This document shows positions 20,091 through 31,012 of a DNA stretch of 64,000 bases, piece after piece. Each line of letters starts with the position of its first letter. The stretch's first letter is position 1. Made by a program: the position numbers and the translations under genes. This stretch comes from Longimicrobiales bacterium (GTDB lineage: Bacteria > Gemmatimonadota > Gemmatimonadetes > Longimicrobiales > Gaopeijiaceae): the NCBI GenBank assembly GCA_965248195.1, contig CBDFIQ010000002.1:384001-448000 (forward strand). Reading direction: 5' to 3'. The notes below the pieces were generated by a model that was not told the DNA's origin, did no database searches, and saw only the letters and a program-made list of their open reading frames with translations.

Positions 20091-21047
20091 ATGGCGCACC
20101 TGCACAGATCGGTATTTGGCCAGGGCCGCACCGATAGGCGAGGGCCCGCGGCCTATGGGCCCCCGGATGCGGGTGTCGCGCTTGACCGTCGTGCCCAATC
20201 GAAACGCCTGTGGATCGTACTGGGCCTCACCGCTGCGTTCATGGTGGCGGAGGTGGTCGGTGGCATTCTCTCGAACTCGCTGGCGCTTCTGGCCGACTCG
20301 GGGCACATGCTCGCCGATGTGGGGGCGCTGGCTCTCTCCCTGATCGCGATGCGGCTGGCGCTGCATCCGCCCAGCGCCGAGCGTACGTTCGGGTACGTCC
20401 GTATGGAGATTCTGGCGGCGCTGGTGAACGGGGCGACGCTCCTTCTCATTAGCGGGTGGATCGTCTGGGAGGCCTGGGGACGGCTCAGCGCCCCACAGGA
20501 GGTCGACGGGCCACTCATGATGGCGGTGGCGGGAGTAGGGTTGATCGTCAATGTGGTCGGGGCTGGACTGCTGCATTCGCACGCCGACGAAAACCTCAAC
20601 GTGCGGGGCGCCTATCTGCATGTCCTGGGCGATCTACTCGGGTCCATCGGCGCCTTGGGAGCGGGCACGCTGATCCTCCTGACGGGTTGGACGCCCGCCG
20701 ACGCGATCGTTTCCATCCTCATTGCCGGCCTGATCCTGCTGGGTGCCTGGCGTTTGGTGAAGGAGGCGACGGGCGTGCTCCTCGAGATGGTGCCGCCCCA
20801 CGTGGACATGGAGGGCGTACTCGAGGACCTCCAGTCCATCCCCAACGTGCACAACGTTCATGATCTACACGTGTGGACGCTCACGAGCGGCTTCGTAGCG
20901 CTCAGCGGGCACGGCGTTTTGGACGACCCGACCCATCACCAGCGGGTTCTCGATGAGATCCGAGCCCGGATGGGGCTGCGCGGCATCGGGCATGTCACGT
21001 TCCAACTGGAACCCGAGCGATTGCACCAGATCGTGCGTCCAGATTGA
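20091..21047 (+). CDS. Cation diffusion facilitator (CzcD/ZitB-like) metal exporter
   Basis: SLALLADSGHMLAD, NLNVRGAYLHVLGD, VHDLHVW. Confidence 0.95.
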   Translation: MAHLHRSVFGQGRTDRRGPAAYGPPDAGVALDRRAQSKRLWIVLGLTAAFMVAEVVGGILSNSLALLADSGHMLADVGALALSLIAMRLALHPPSAERTFGYVRMEILAALVNGATLLLISGWIVWEAWGRLSAPQEVDGPLMMAVAGVGLIVNVVGAGLLHSHADENLNVRGAYLHVLGDLLGSIGALGAGTLILLTGWTPADAIVSILIAGLILLGAWRLVKEATGVLLEMVPPHVDMEGVLEDLQSIPNVHNVHDLHVWTLTSGFVALSGHGVLDDPTHHQRVLDEIRARMGLRGIGHVTFQLEPERLHQIVRPD

Positions 21048-21276
21048 GCTCCGGTTGCCTGCGGCAATCCTCGCTCGGCTCGGCGGTCAACACGCTCGCC
21101 CGCTCTGCGGAAATCGTCCAGGCGCCTCGGCTAGACGGGGGACGGAGTCAGATGAGGGTTCCGGGCATCACGCGAAATACCTGGAAGTCGTGTCAAGCAT
21201 TGGAATCGCGGCTCGATCTCACCTGAACATAGGGTCCCGGTTACACCAATTCTAGAATGAGTCGCGGTACGCTTGT

Positions 21277-21849
21277 ATGTTCTCTCATGTACTTCGCCCA
21301 TCGGCGGCGGTCCAGCCTCTTGGGGACGCACCACCATGGCAGGAGACGTTCGTGCAAGACGTTGATCGGCTCGTAGATCCGGCGACAGGCCTCTCCAGTG
21401 AATGGCATTTCGAGATCATCCTGGATTTCGTTTTTCCCATCGCCCACCGGGGGGTGACGCTGACCCTGGTCTTGTTCCGGATCGATGAAGGGAAATGGGC
21501 TGTCGACCACCCGAAGCCGGACCAGGTCATAACTGATTTGGGCTCCTCGCTCAGAGGCGTTACGCGGAGCAGCGACCTCATCGCCCGCTTCGGCGAAGAC
21601 ATGTTTGTTTGCCTGCTTCCGCTGTGTAACCTCCAGGGAGGACTGGTTTTCGCGGATCGCATGCGGGATGCGCTGGAAGACTTCACCGAGCGCACGGGGA
21701 CGACCGTGAGCGCCGCGGTTGCCACTCATCGGGGGGACGCCGAAGGGACGACACGTGACATGCTGATGGTGCTCAAGGGAGCCCTGGTGGCGGCCCAGTC
21801 CGGAGGCGGTGACCGAGTCGAAATCCCCGTCGATGGTTGGAACGTCTGA
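21277..21849 (+). CDS. Degenerate GGDEF-domain protein
   Basis: VDPATGL..RSSDLIARFGEDMF..ADRMR; signature is GEDMF, so probably inactive. Confidence 0.8.
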   Translation: MFSHVLRPSAAVQPLGDAPPWQETFVQDVDRLVDPATGLSSEWHFEIILDFVFPIAHRGVTLTLVLFRIDEGKWAVDHPKPDQVITDLGSSLRGVTRSSDLIARFGEDMFVCLLPLCNLQGGLVFADRMRDALEDFTERTGTTVSAAVATHRGDAEGTTRDMLMVLKGALVAAQSGGGDRVEIPVDGWNV

Positions 21850-21862
21850 GAAGTCCCCACGC

Positions 21863-23071
21863 ATGAGTCCCTTCCGCGCGGCGCTCATCGGTGTGATCGG
21901 CATGAGCGCGACTGGATCCCCGCCTTTGGCTGCGCAGGCCGTGGGCGACCCATTCGATGGGGCTTACGAGCGGCTCCGCCGTGGCCCGGACCATTTGGCG
22001 GATGTCGCCACGGGCCGGCTGGAGCTCACACGTACGAATCAGGACGGATTGGTCCACAGATATGTGGTGATCGTCCCCGAGAGCTACGATGCCTCCCGTC
22101 GTTATCCGGTGGCGTTCTACCTTCATGGGGGCGTGGGGCGGCCGGATCCTGGGCCCGGGGGCGGGTGGTGGCGGAATTATGACGTCGTGACGGGTCATGA
22201 CCGCATTGCGGTGCTTCCGCTCTCGTGGCCCGAATCGTTATGGTGGCAGGCGAGCCAGGTAGAGAATCTTCGAGGCATCCTTTCGGACCTGAAAGGCACC
22301 TATAACGTGGACGAGAACCGGGTCTACTTGTTCGGGAGCTCGGACGGCGGCACCGGTGTGTACTTTTTGGGCTTCCGGGACGTGACGCCCTGGGCCGCCT
22401 TCCTTCCCTTCATCGGCTATCCCGGCGTGTTATTGAGTACCCAAACCGGGACGGACGGACAGATGCACCTGGCGAACCTCACCAACAAACCCCTCTTCAT
22501 CGTGAGTGGGGAGACGGATCGGCTGTACCCGGCCCGTCTCATGGAGCCTTTTCTCGCGGCTTTCCGGAGCGCAGGCGTAGATTTCGTCTTCACCACGAAG
22601 CCCGGGGGCCACAACACGAGATGGTGGCCCGAAGAGACGGAGAACATAGAGCGCTTCATCGAAGCCCATCCTCGCGATCCGCACCCGGATCGGGTCCTCT
22701 GGGCGACCGAGCGTACGGATCGCTACAACCGCGCGCACTGGGTGGTGATCGATGAGTTGGGCCCCATCTCAGGAGACGATGGACGCCGGGCTCTGGCGGC
22801 GCTTACGTCCGACGGACTCGCCGGCGCCGTGGACGCTGTCCGAGACGGTAATACGGTGACCGTGGATGCGTATCATGTCCGGCGGTTTACCGTGTTGATC
22901 TCGCCTGATGCTTTCGACATGCGAAGTCCGATCCGCGTGATCGCCAACGGTGAGGTGGCGTTCGAGGGATTGGTACGGCCCAGCGTGGAGACGTTGAGGA
23001 AATGGGCCGCGAGCGATCAAGACCGAAGCATGCTATACGCCGCTGAAGTCACCGTCGAACTGGAGCCCTGA
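21863..23071 (+). CDS. Secreted alpha/beta-hydrolase (esterase/peptidase)
   Basis: [27 protein letters not shown]; signal peptide. Confidence 0.82.
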   Translation: MSPFRAALIGVIGMSATGSPPLAAQAVGDPFDGAYERLRRGPDHLADVATGRLELTRTNQDGLVHRYVVIVPESYDASRRYPVAFYLHGGVGRPDPGPGGGWWRNYDVVTGHDRIAVLPLSWPESLWWQASQVENLRGILSDLKGTYNVDENRVYLFGSSDGGTGVYFLGFRDVTPWAAFLPFIGYPGVLLSTQTGTDGQMHLANLTNKPLFIVSGETDRLYPARLMEPFLAAFRSAGVDFVFTTKPGGHNTRWWPEETENIERFIEAHPRDPHPDRVLWATERTDRYNRAHWVVIDELGPISGDDGRRALAALTSDGLAGAVDAVRDGNTVTVDAYHVRRFTVLISPDAFDMRSPIRVIANGEVAFEGLVRPSVETLRKWAASDQDRSMLYAAEVTVELEP

Positions 23072-23073
23072 CA

Positions 23074-24063
23074 ATGAGCTTTCCGAGGGTCCGACTCCGG
23101 CGGTTTCGTAGGGGTGAGACGTGGCGTCGCGCCGTTCGGGAGACCTCCCTCGCCGCGGACGACCTGGTCTATCCGCTCTTCGTCGTCGGGGGTGAGGGAG
23201 TCCGGAATCCGGTGGCCAGCATGCCCGGCGTATTTCAGTTGTCCGTGGATCTCATCGTGGAAGAGGCGCGGGAGGTCCACACCCTGGGCATCCCGGCGGT
23301 GATCATGTTCGGTGTCCTGGATGAGGGTGAAAAGGATGCGGAGGGCTCGGCCGGGTACGACCCGGATGGTTTGGTGCCTACCGCGATCCGGGCGATCAAG
23401 AAGGCCGTTCCGGACCTCCTGGTGTGGGCGGATGTGTGCCTGTGCGAGTACACGGATCACGGGCATTGTGGTCTGCTCGCCGAAGACGGGGAGGTGGATG
23501 GCGACGCGAGTCTTCCACTCCTGGCCCGGGCCGCCGTGGCGTACGCCGAGGCAGGGGCCGACGCGGTCGCGCCCAGCGATATGATGGACGGACGGGTGGG
23601 GGCGATCCGGACGGCTTTGGACGATGCCGATCTCGGAGACGTGCCCATCGTCTCGTATGCCGCCAAGTATGCTTCGGCCTTCTACGGCCCCTTCCGCGAC
23701 GTAGCCCACTCGGCTCCGGCCTCCGGAGACCGCAAGGGATACCAAATGGACCCGGCCAACGCCGACGAGGCGCTGCGTGAGGTGGAGTTGGACATAGAAG
23801 AGGGAGCGGACATGGTCATGGTGAAGCCCGCGGGGCCTTATCTCGATGTCATTTTCCGGGTGAAAGAAACGTTCGGGATGCCTACGGCTGCCTACCAGGT
23901 CTCCGGCGAGTACGCGCTGATGAAGGCGGCTGCCGACAAGGGTTGGGTGGACGAGGAGCGCGTCATGATGGAGAGTTTGATCGCCATCAAGAGGGCCGGC
24001 GCCGACCTCATTCTCACCTACTACGCGAAGGACGCGGCGCGGGTGCTCGGAGGGACGTCCTGA
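23074..24063 (+). CDS. hemB: Porphobilinogen synthase
   Basis: [34 protein letters not shown]. Confidence 0.97.
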   Translation: MSFPRVRLRRFRRGETWRRAVRETSLAADDLVYPLFVVGGEGVRNPVASMPGVFQLSVDLIVEEAREVHTLGIPAVIMFGVLDEGEKDAEGSAGYDPDGLVPTAIRAIKKAVPDLLVWADVCLCEYTDHGHCGLLAEDGEVDGDASLPLLARAAVAYAEAGADAVAPSDMMDGRVGAIRTALDDADLGDVPIVSYAAKYASAFYGPFRDVAHSAPASGDRKGYQMDPANADEALREVELDIEEGADMVMVKPAGPYLDVIFRVKETFGMPTAAYQVSGEYALMKAAADKGWVDEERVMMESLIAIKRAGADLILTYYAKDAARVLGGTS

Positions 24064-24084
24064 GCGTGAGGGGAAGGCCGCAGC

Positions 24085-25167
24085 GTGAGCGGTGAGGTCG
24101 CCGGGGCTCGGCCCGCCGAGACGGATCCGTCGGCCGCGTCCACTGCGTCCCCGTTCCTGGCGGCATGCCGGTGTGAACCGGTCGCGCGCACTCCGGTGTG
24201 GATCATGCGCCAGGCAGGGCGTTATCTACCGGAGTATAGGAAAATAAGGGCAAAGGTGGATTTCCTGACCCTCACGAAAACGCCGGAGTTGGCCGTAGAG
24301 GTCACACTTCAACCCGTCCGTCGCTTCGGGATGGACGCGGCGATTCTCTTCAGCGATATCATGACCCCGGTGGAGGGCATGGGCGTCAAGCTGGATTTCT
24401 CGCCCGGACCGGTCATCGAGACTCCTATCCGGAGCCTCGATCAGGTGGAGGCGCTTCGCATCCCCGATCCGGAAGAAAGCGTGCCCTTCGTGCTGGAGAC
24501 GGTGCGTTTGCTAAGCGAGGAGCTTCCGGCCTCGGCCCCTCTCATCGGTTTTGCCGGGGCGCCGTTCACACTCTTCTGCTATCTGGTGCAAGGAGGGGGG
24601 TCGAAGACCTTCTCGGAAGCCAAGGCCTTTCTGTTCGCAGAGCCCGAGGCGTCGCACAAGCTCCTGGAAAAGCTGGCCGCCACCATGGCTCGGTATCTCG
24701 AGGCGCAGGCCCGTGCGGGTGCCAAGGCGCTGATGATATTCGATTCGTGGGCGGGCCTGCTCGGGCCGGAGCAGTACCGGGAGTTCGCCTTCCCGGCGGT
24801 CCGGCGGGTGATCGAGGCGCTCCGTCCCCTGGACGTGCCGCTCATCTACTTTCCGAACCAGGGGGCGACGCTACTGGGCACCGTAGCGGAGTGCAGTGCC
24901 GACGTGGTGGGGATCGACTGGCGGCTCCCGCTCTCCGACGCCCGCCGGATCCTGGGACCCGACACCGCCGTGCAGGGCAACCTGGATCCGACGGCGCTAT
25001 TCGCGCCACGGGACGAGCTCGGCCGTCAGATCGATCGAGTGCTGGAGGACGCGGGCTCGGCGCCGGGCCACATCTTCAACTTGGGCCATGGGATCGAGAG
25101 AGCGACGGATCCCGATGCGGTTGCATTTCTGGTCGATCGAGTGCGGGAGGCGTCGGGGCGGGGCTGA
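24085..25167 (+). CDS. hemE: Uroporphyrinogen decarboxylase
   Basis: PVWIMRQAGRYLPEY, AILFSDI, IFNLGHG. Confidence 0.97.
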   Translation: MSGEVAGARPAETDPSAASTASPFLAACRCEPVARTPVWIMRQAGRYLPEYRKIRAKVDFLTLTKTPELAVEVTLQPVRRFGMDAAILFSDIMTPVEGMGVKLDFSPGPVIETPIRSLDQVEALRIPDPEESVPFVLETVRLLSEELPASAPLIGFAGAPFTLFCYLVQGGGSKTFSEAKAFLFAEPEASHKLLEKLAATMARYLEAQARAGAKALMIFDSWAGLLGPEQYREFAFPAVRRVIEALRPLDVPLIYFPNQGATLLGTVAECSADVVGIDWRLPLSDARRILGPDTAVQGNLDPTALFAPRDELGRQIDRVLEDAGSAPGHIFNLGHGIERATDPDAVAFLVDRVREASGRG

Positions 25168-25284
25168 CGGAACCCCACCTGAAACCTCTGACTTACATGG
25201 GGTATGGAGTTGCTCGGCTGCCCGGTCGAGGGGGGAGCGCCGACTAATGACGGACCGGGCGGCGAAGGCGAGAACGGAGGACGG

Positions 25285-26616
25285 ATGCCGGATCATCGAC
25301 TGAGAATTTATGACTCGATGGAGGATCTGCTCCCCGATGTGGATAATCCGACACCGCTCGTTCGGATCAATCGGGTGGTTCCGTTTCAGCATGCGCGCGT
25401 CTACGGGAAGCTCGAGTGGTACAACCCGTTCGGCGCCGTCAAGGATCGGATCGCGGCGAATCTGATTGCCGAGGCCGAGGAGCGGGGTGTGCTCGAGGAT
25501 GGCCAGAAGTTGGTCGAGCCCACTTCCGGGAACACCGGGATGGGCTTGGCCATGATCGCCAACGTGAAGGGGTACTCGCTGACCACCCCCCTGTCCTCGG
25601 CGATCCCCCTCGAGAAGCGGATCATGTTGCGGTTCTTCGGCGCCGAGGTTCTCGAACTGGACGACGACCTGTGCCCCGCGCCGGGCGCACCCGAGGGGGC
25701 CATCGCCAAGGCACACGAACTCGGTGACCAGCCCGATTTCCACATGCTCGACCAGTACACGAACCAGGCGAATCCTGGGGCGCACTACAAGACCACGGGC
25801 CCGGAAATCTGGAAACAGACAGAGGGGAAGGTCACACACTTCGTCGCCGGGCTGGGCACGTGTGGTACCATCACGGGCACGGGGCGCTTCCTCAAGGAGC
25901 AAGACCCCGAGATCAAGGTGCTGGGGGTGCATCCGCAAGAGGGACACGACATTCCCGGCGTGCGGAGTATTCGCCAACTTCAGCAGACAGCCCTGTTTCG
26001 CCCAGACGAGTATGACGATTTGGTCGAGGTCGACGACGACGAGGCCTTCAGCCTGTGCCGCCGACTCAATCGAGAGGACAGCATCATCGCGGGGCCGAGC
26101 TCGGCCATGGCGCTGGCCGGTGCGCTTCGCCTGGTGCCGGACGAAGCCGGCGTGATCGCGGTGGTGATTTTCCCCGACAACGCCTTCAAGTACGCCTCGT
26201 CGATGGTCAGGCACATTCCGGATCTTCGGTCGACGGGGGGGGAGAGCCCCCGTGAACGCATGATGGACGCGCTCGTCGAAAACGTGCGGGGCACGCCGGC
26301 GCTCACCATCGACGTCGAGCCGGCCCACGAAATGATCGAGGCTGGAAGCCCCTTTGTCGTAGACGTGCGTGAGTACGATGAGTTTACAGGTGGCCATATT
26401 CCCGAGGCAGTGAATATGCCCCTTCAGGAAATGAGCGACTACGCAGCTCATCTCCCCGAAGACCACGAAGCTCCAATTTTAGTCGTCTGTGAGACCGGAA
26501 ACCGGTCGCTGTCGGGCGCGCTCTTCCTGGCCTCCCTCGGGTACGGCGATGTGCGCAGTATCAACGGCGGAACCTCGGGCTGGCGGGGCATGGGCTTCGA
26601 CGTTTCGGACGATTGA
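25285..26616 (+). CDS. PLP-dependent cysteine synthase family protein fused to a C-terminal rhodanese
   Basis: KLEWYNPFGAVKDR, EPTSGNTG, GLGTCGT; rhodanese DVRE..GHIPEA..CETGNRS; GGAGG RBS before ATG 25285. Confidence 0.92.
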   Translation: MPDHRLRIYDSMEDLLPDVDNPTPLVRINRVVPFQHARVYGKLEWYNPFGAVKDRIAANLIAEAEERGVLEDGQKLVEPTSGNTGMGLAMIANVKGYSLTTPLSSAIPLEKRIMLRFFGAEVLELDDDLCPAPGAPEGAIAKAHELGDQPDFHMLDQYTNQANPGAHYKTTGPEIWKQTEGKVTHFVAGLGTCGTITGTGRFLKEQDPEIKVLGVHPQEGHDIPGVRSIRQLQQTALFRPDEYDDLVEVDDDEAFSLCRRLNREDSIIAGPSSAMALAGALRLVPDEAGVIAVVIFPDNAFKYASSMVRHIPDLRSTGGESPRERMMDALVENVRGTPALTIDVEPAHEMIEAGSPFVVDVREYDEFTGGHIPEAVNMPLQEMSDYAAHLPEDHEAPILVVCETGNRSLSGALFLASLGYGDVRSINGGTSGWRGMGFDVSDD

Positions 26617-26691
26617 TACCTGATTGGAGGCTACGCGGCCTGCCGGTGGCGGTCGGTGCCGCGCCGACACTCAACGAATCGAGGGGCAACG

Positions 26692-27435
26692 ATGCTTTTT
26701 CGCCAATATCTGGATAGAGAACCTGTGATCGCCGTTTCCTATCTTCTCGGATGTCCGACGAAGGGAATCGGGGCAGTGGTCGATCCCATCGGAGACATCG
26801 GGCGTTATCTCAAGGAGTCCGAGGAGGGGAAGGTGCCGATCCGCTACGTGATCGACACTCATATACACGCCGATCATATCTCGAACGGCCGTGAGCTCGC
26901 CGAGGCGGCTGGAGCCGAATATGTAGTCCTCGCCGGTACGGAGACGAGCTATTCGTTCAGGGGCGTCGAGGAGGGTGAAGTCCTGGAAATGGGGAACACT
27001 CACCTGGAGGTGCTCCATACGCCCGGGCATACACCGGAGCACATCTCCTTGGTGGTGACGGACCATGCGCGAGCGGACGAGCCATGGCTGGTATTGACGG
27101 GCCACACCCTCATGGTGAGTGACATGGGTCGCACAGAGTTGGCGAGCTCGGCCGAGGAGGGGGCGAGGGCCCTTTTCCGAAGCGCGGAGAAGCTACGGAG
27201 ACTGCCCACCCATCTCGGGGTGTTCCCCGGGGCGTTCTCTGGGTCGGTGTGCGGTCGCGGGCTCAGCGGGAACCCGAGTTCGACCATCGGCTTCGAGCGC
27301 CGTCACAACCGGGCGTTCGCGCTCGAGAACGAGGAAGACTTCGTCCGGTTCATGCTCGAGGAGATCCCCGTTCCGCCGCTCGACGCCGCGCGAATACGGG
27401 CGACGAACCTCGGACTCGAGCCTGCTGGAGTGTGA
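26692..27435 (+). CDS. MBL-fold metallo-hydrolase, persulfide dioxygenase-like
   Basis: DTHIHADH, HTPGHTPEH, GSVCG, STIGFER. Confidence 0.88.
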   Translation: MLFRQYLDREPVIAVSYLLGCPTKGIGAVVDPIGDIGRYLKESEEGKVPIRYVIDTHIHADHISNGRELAEAAGAEYVVLAGTETSYSFRGVEEGEVLEMGNTHLEVLHTPGHTPEHISLVVTDHARADEPWLVLTGHTLMVSDMGRTELASSAEEGARALFRSAEKLRRLPTHLGVFPGAFSGSVCGRGLSGNPSSTIGFERRHNRAFALENEEDFVRFMLEEIPVPPLDAARIRATNLGLEPAGV

Positions 27436-27514
27436 GGGGTCCCAAGCATCTCCCGCCCGTCTCCGGCTTCCCCGCGGGTATGACGCACCTCTGGGTGGAT
27501 CGCGCACGCGCCTA

Positions 27515-28786
27515 GTGAGGAGCGACCTCGAGGGTGGGTCATCGCCGGCTCCATCGGGTGCCATCAAACTCGGGTTGAGCGCGAACCGGAACCAGTTCTG
27601 GCTCCTCGTACTCATCAACGCCTTCGTGGGTGCCATGCTGGGACTGGAGCGCACCGTTCTGCCGTTGTTGGCGGAGCAGGAGTTCGGGCTCGCGTCCAGC
27701 GGTGTGGCGCTCTCCTTCCTGATCTCGTTTGGGGTCGTGAAGGCCGCCATGAATTTCTTCGCTGGGCGATTGGGAGATCTCTACGGTCGTAAGCCCATCC
27801 TGATCCTTGGCTGGCTTGTAGGAATTCCCGTTCCTTTCATGATCATGTTCGCGCCGTCCTGGGGCTGGATCATTGGGGCCAATGTATTGCTGGGCGCCAA
27901 CCAAGGACTCGCTTGGTCCACCACCGTCATCATGATGATCGATCTCGCGGGCCCCCGGCAACGGGGCCTGGCGATGGGCGTCAACGAGTTTGCAGGGTAT
28001 TTCGCGGTCGCGCTGTCGGCGCTCGGTACGGGATACATCGCGCAGGCGTTCGGGCTCCGGCCTGAGCCCTTCTACATGGGCATCGCGTTTGCGGCGGTCG
28101 GGCTGGGGCTGTCCGCGGCTTTTCTACGAGAAACACGCGGACATGCACGTGCCGAGGCCGACCCGCACGCGTCCGCCGGGGCGTCGGTCCTGAGCACTCG
28201 CGAACTTGTTGGGCTCACGCTCTGGAGGCACCCCGCACTCTCCAGTGCCAGTCAGGCCGGGCTGGTCAACAACCTGAACGACGGAGTGGCCTGGGGGCTC
28301 TTCCCGTTGTTTTTTGCGGCGTCCGGACTCGGCTTAGCCGACATCGGTTTACTGAGCTTCATTTACCCCTTCACGTGGGGGGTTCTCCAGTTGTGGACCG
28401 GTGCCTGGTCCGACCGTGTGGGGCGCAAGCGCCTGATCGCCGGAGGCATGCTGATCCAGGCGCTCGCACTGGGGGTCATCGCAATGACAAACGGGTTCGC
28501 CGGGTGGCTCGGCGCCGGCGCTCTGTTGGGGGTCGGCACGGCGATGGTATACCCCACTCTCCTAGCCGCCGTCGGAGATGTCGCCGATCCGAGCTGGCGG
28601 GGCTCGGCCGTCGGGGTCTATCGGCTGTGGCGGGACAGCGGCTATGCGGTGGGCGGTGTCATGGCCGGTACGCTCGCCGATGCCTTCGGAATGCGCACGG
28701 CGATCGGCGCGGTAGCGATTCTGACCGCGCTCTCCGGCCTTGTTGTGGCGTGGCGCATGCCGGAGACGTTGAAGCGAGTGGATTAG
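27515..28786 (+). CDS. MFS transporter
   Basis: G.LGD.YGRK and WSDRVGRK loop motifs, about 12 hydrophobic segments; start approximate. Confidence 0.9.
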   Translation: MRSDLEGGSSPAPSGAIKLGLSANRNQFWLLVLINAFVGAMLGLERTVLPLLAEQEFGLASSGVALSFLISFGVVKAAMNFFAGRLGDLYGRKPILILGWLVGIPVPFMIMFAPSWGWIIGANVLLGANQGLAWSTTVIMMIDLAGPRQRGLAMGVNEFAGYFAVALSALGTGYIAQAFGLRPEPFYMGIAFAAVGLGLSAAFLRETRGHARAEADPHASAGASVLSTRELVGLTLWRHPALSSASQAGLVNNLNDGVAWGLFPLFFAASGLGLADIGLLSFIYPFTWGVLQLWTGAWSDRVGRKRLIAGGMLIQALALGVIAMTNGFAGWLGAGALLGVGTAMVYPTLLAAVGDVADPSWRGSAVGVYRLWRDSGYAVGGVMAGTLADAFGMRTAIGAVAILTALSGLVVAWRMPETLKRVD

Positions 28787-28813
28787 AACGCGCGGGGACC
28801 CTTTCTGCAAACG

Positions 28814-28830
28814 TTCTTGCACACAACATT
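28814..28830. repeat. 17-bp direct repeat TTCTTGCACACAACATT, copy 1 (copy 2 at 35299-35315)
   Basis: Exact match seen in sequence. Confidence 0.85.
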
Positions 28831-28877
28831 GCTTCGTGACCGGTTTCATGACTGACCCCATCGGTCTGGGAGCAACA

Positions 28878-29858
28878 ATGACACTTCAGCGATTGATCGC
28901 TCCGCTTCTATGCTGCGTGCTCGTACTCGTCGTCGGCCGGCAAGCGAGTGCGCAGGTCGTCGACTACACCGAAGTGCCTGACTGGCCCAACCCGGCCACA
29001 TCGGCGGCCGGCACTCCTGCGGCGTGGAACTTTGGTCAGGTATCGGGAGTGGCAACCAGCGCGAACGGGTACATCCTGGTCCTGCATCGCGGCGCCCAGC
29101 CGATCATGTTGTTTGACAACGGCGGGCGGTTCGTCCGGACGTGGGGAGACGGCCTATTCAGCAACGGCAAGGTTGCGGGCATCGCGCCGGCCGATCGTGT
29201 GGCAGGGCAGTCGGGCTACACGGCCGTCTACGGGGCGGCCGGGTGCCACGCGTGCGGCGCGCACTCGGTGCGTGTCGATCCGGATGGCAACATCTGGGTG
29301 GTCGACGCGCCTGGCCACGTCGTCTATAAGATGAACCCCCAAGGGCATGTGCTGATGGAGCTTGGCTCGAAGGGTGTCGCCGGCATGAGCCGGAACACGT
29401 TCAACCTGCCGACCGACGTCGCCTTCGGCCCCAACGGCGACGTGTACGTGAGCGACGGCTACGGCAACGCCCGCGTGGTGAAATACACGGCCGACGGACA
29501 GTACACGCTCGAGTGGGGCAGCCGCGGCACCGGGCCGGGCGAGTTCGGCCTTCCACACAATCTGGTGGTTGACCGGGACGGTCGTGTCTATGTGACCGAT
29601 CGTGACAACCAGCGAGTGCAGGTGTTCGGACAAGAGGGCGAGTTCTTGACAGAGTGGCCCAATATCGGCGGAGTCTCCGCCCTGTTCATGACCGGCGAAC
29701 AGCAGATCTGGACCGGCGGCACGCTTCGGAACCTCGAGGGGGTGGCGCTGGGGAGATTGCCGGGAGGCGACGGCGGGCATGGCATGACCATGACCGACGC
29801 CGGAGAGGTGTTCGTGGCGCAGCTGGCAGGGCGCGTGCGGAAGTTTGGCCTTCCCTGA
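28878..29858 (+). CDS. Secreted NHL-repeat protein (PAL-like beta-propeller)
   Basis: FNLPTDVAF, VSDGYGNARV, FGLPH, VTDRDNQRVQVF. Confidence 0.9.
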   Translation: MTLQRLIAPLLCCVLVLVVGRQASAQVVDYTEVPDWPNPATSAAGTPAAWNFGQVSGVATSANGYILVLHRGAQPIMLFDNGGRFVRTWGDGLFSNGKVAGIAPADRVAGQSGYTAVYGAAGCHACGAHSVRVDPDGNIWVVDAPGHVVYKMNPQGHVLMELGSKGVAGMSRNTFNLPTDVAFGPNGDVYVSDGYGNARVVKYTADGQYTLEWGSRGTGPGEFGLPHNLVVDRDGRVYVTDRDNQRVQVFGQEGEFLTEWPNIGGVSALFMTGEQQIWTGGTLRNLEGVALGRLPGGDGGHGMTMTDAGEVFVAQLAGRVRKFGLP

Positions 29859-30068
29859 AGTCCCCGGGGGGGGCTAATCACGGTTTTCTTGCCTCCCCAC
29901 GTTGATCCGATCCTGGACTGTACCTGAACACAGAAGCAGGACATGACCACGCCGGCGGAGCCCATCTCCGCTACGGCGTTCGATCGGGCGGCTGAGTTGC
30001 GGTTCTGAGCGGGGCAGGGCACCATTACACGACCCGCCGGAGATCTACGACGAAAAGGGAGTCGAGTC

Positions 30069-30920
30069 ATGGGGATGGGAACGGGAAAGCCTGTTTCACG
30101 ACGGAGTGCCCTAGGTGGTATGGGAGCGGCGATGGCGCTGCCGCTGGTCGGTTCCGCCTCCCCTGTATCCTCAGCCAGGGTGGAGGGAAAGGTCGCCATA
30201 GTCACGGGCTCGGGCCGCAACCTTGGACGCGCTGGGGTGCTCGAGCTGGCCCGCCGGGGCGCGGATGTCGTCGTAAATGCGCGCACCAATAGACAGGAGG
30301 CCGAGGCCGTTGCCCGCGAAGCCGAAGCCCTGGGCGTGAGGGCACTGGCGCTGCTAGCCGACGTAGGCAATGAAGAGCAGGTCAACAGGATGGTAGACGA
30401 GGTGCTTACCCAGTTCGGCCGGGTTGACATCCTCATCAACAACGTGGGCTTTCGTCCGCTTTATCCCTTCACGGAGATAAGCACCGCCCAATGGCGAGCC
30501 GTAATGGCCGCCAACCTGGACGGACCCTTCTTCTGCGCAAAGGCCTGCGTTCCAAGCATGATCTCCAACGGAGGCGGGAGCATCGTCAACTTGTCGGGCG
30601 TTGGTTCTTTCTCGGGAGCGGCAAGGAGGTCTGCCGTGTGTGCCTCCAAGATGGGCGCTCTGGGCCTGACTCGTGCTCTTGCTGTGGAGCTCGGGCCGCA
30701 CAATATCCGGGTCAACTTAGTCGTGCCGGGAGGTTGGGATGAAGCGGCCACGAGCCTCGAGGATATGGAGCCTGAATCCCGGGGTTTGACGCGTATACCG
30801 CTGGGGCGTCTGGGGATACCGCAGGAACTCGCCAATCTATATGCGTTCCTGGCGTCCGAGGACTCCAGCTACATCACTGGCCAGACCTTCCACATCAACG
30901 GCGGTTCGGCCCGATACTAG
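30069..30920 (+). CDS. SDR family oxidoreductase with Tat-like leader
   Basis: TGSGRNLG, DILINNVG, IRVN, YITGQ; N-terminal SRRSALG. Confidence 0.9.
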   Translation: MGMGTGKPVSRRSALGGMGAAMALPLVGSASPVSSARVEGKVAIVTGSGRNLGRAGVLELARRGADVVVNARTNRQEAEAVAREAEALGVRALALLADVGNEEQVNRMVDEVLTQFGRVDILINNVGFRPLYPFTEISTAQWRAVMAANLDGPFFCAKACVPSMISNGGGSIVNLSGVGSFSGAARRSAVCASKMGALGLTRALAVELGPHNIRVNLVVPGGWDEAATSLEDMEPESRGLTRIPLGRLGIPQELANLYAFLASEDSSYITGQTFHINGGSARY

Positions 30921-31012
30921 ATTTGCTCGCATGTGCTGGCGCACCTGCGAATCCGAATCACCGCGTGCTGAGCTCGGAGCGGCTGGGTTGTGATTGGCGT
31001 TCGCTGCGTCTT

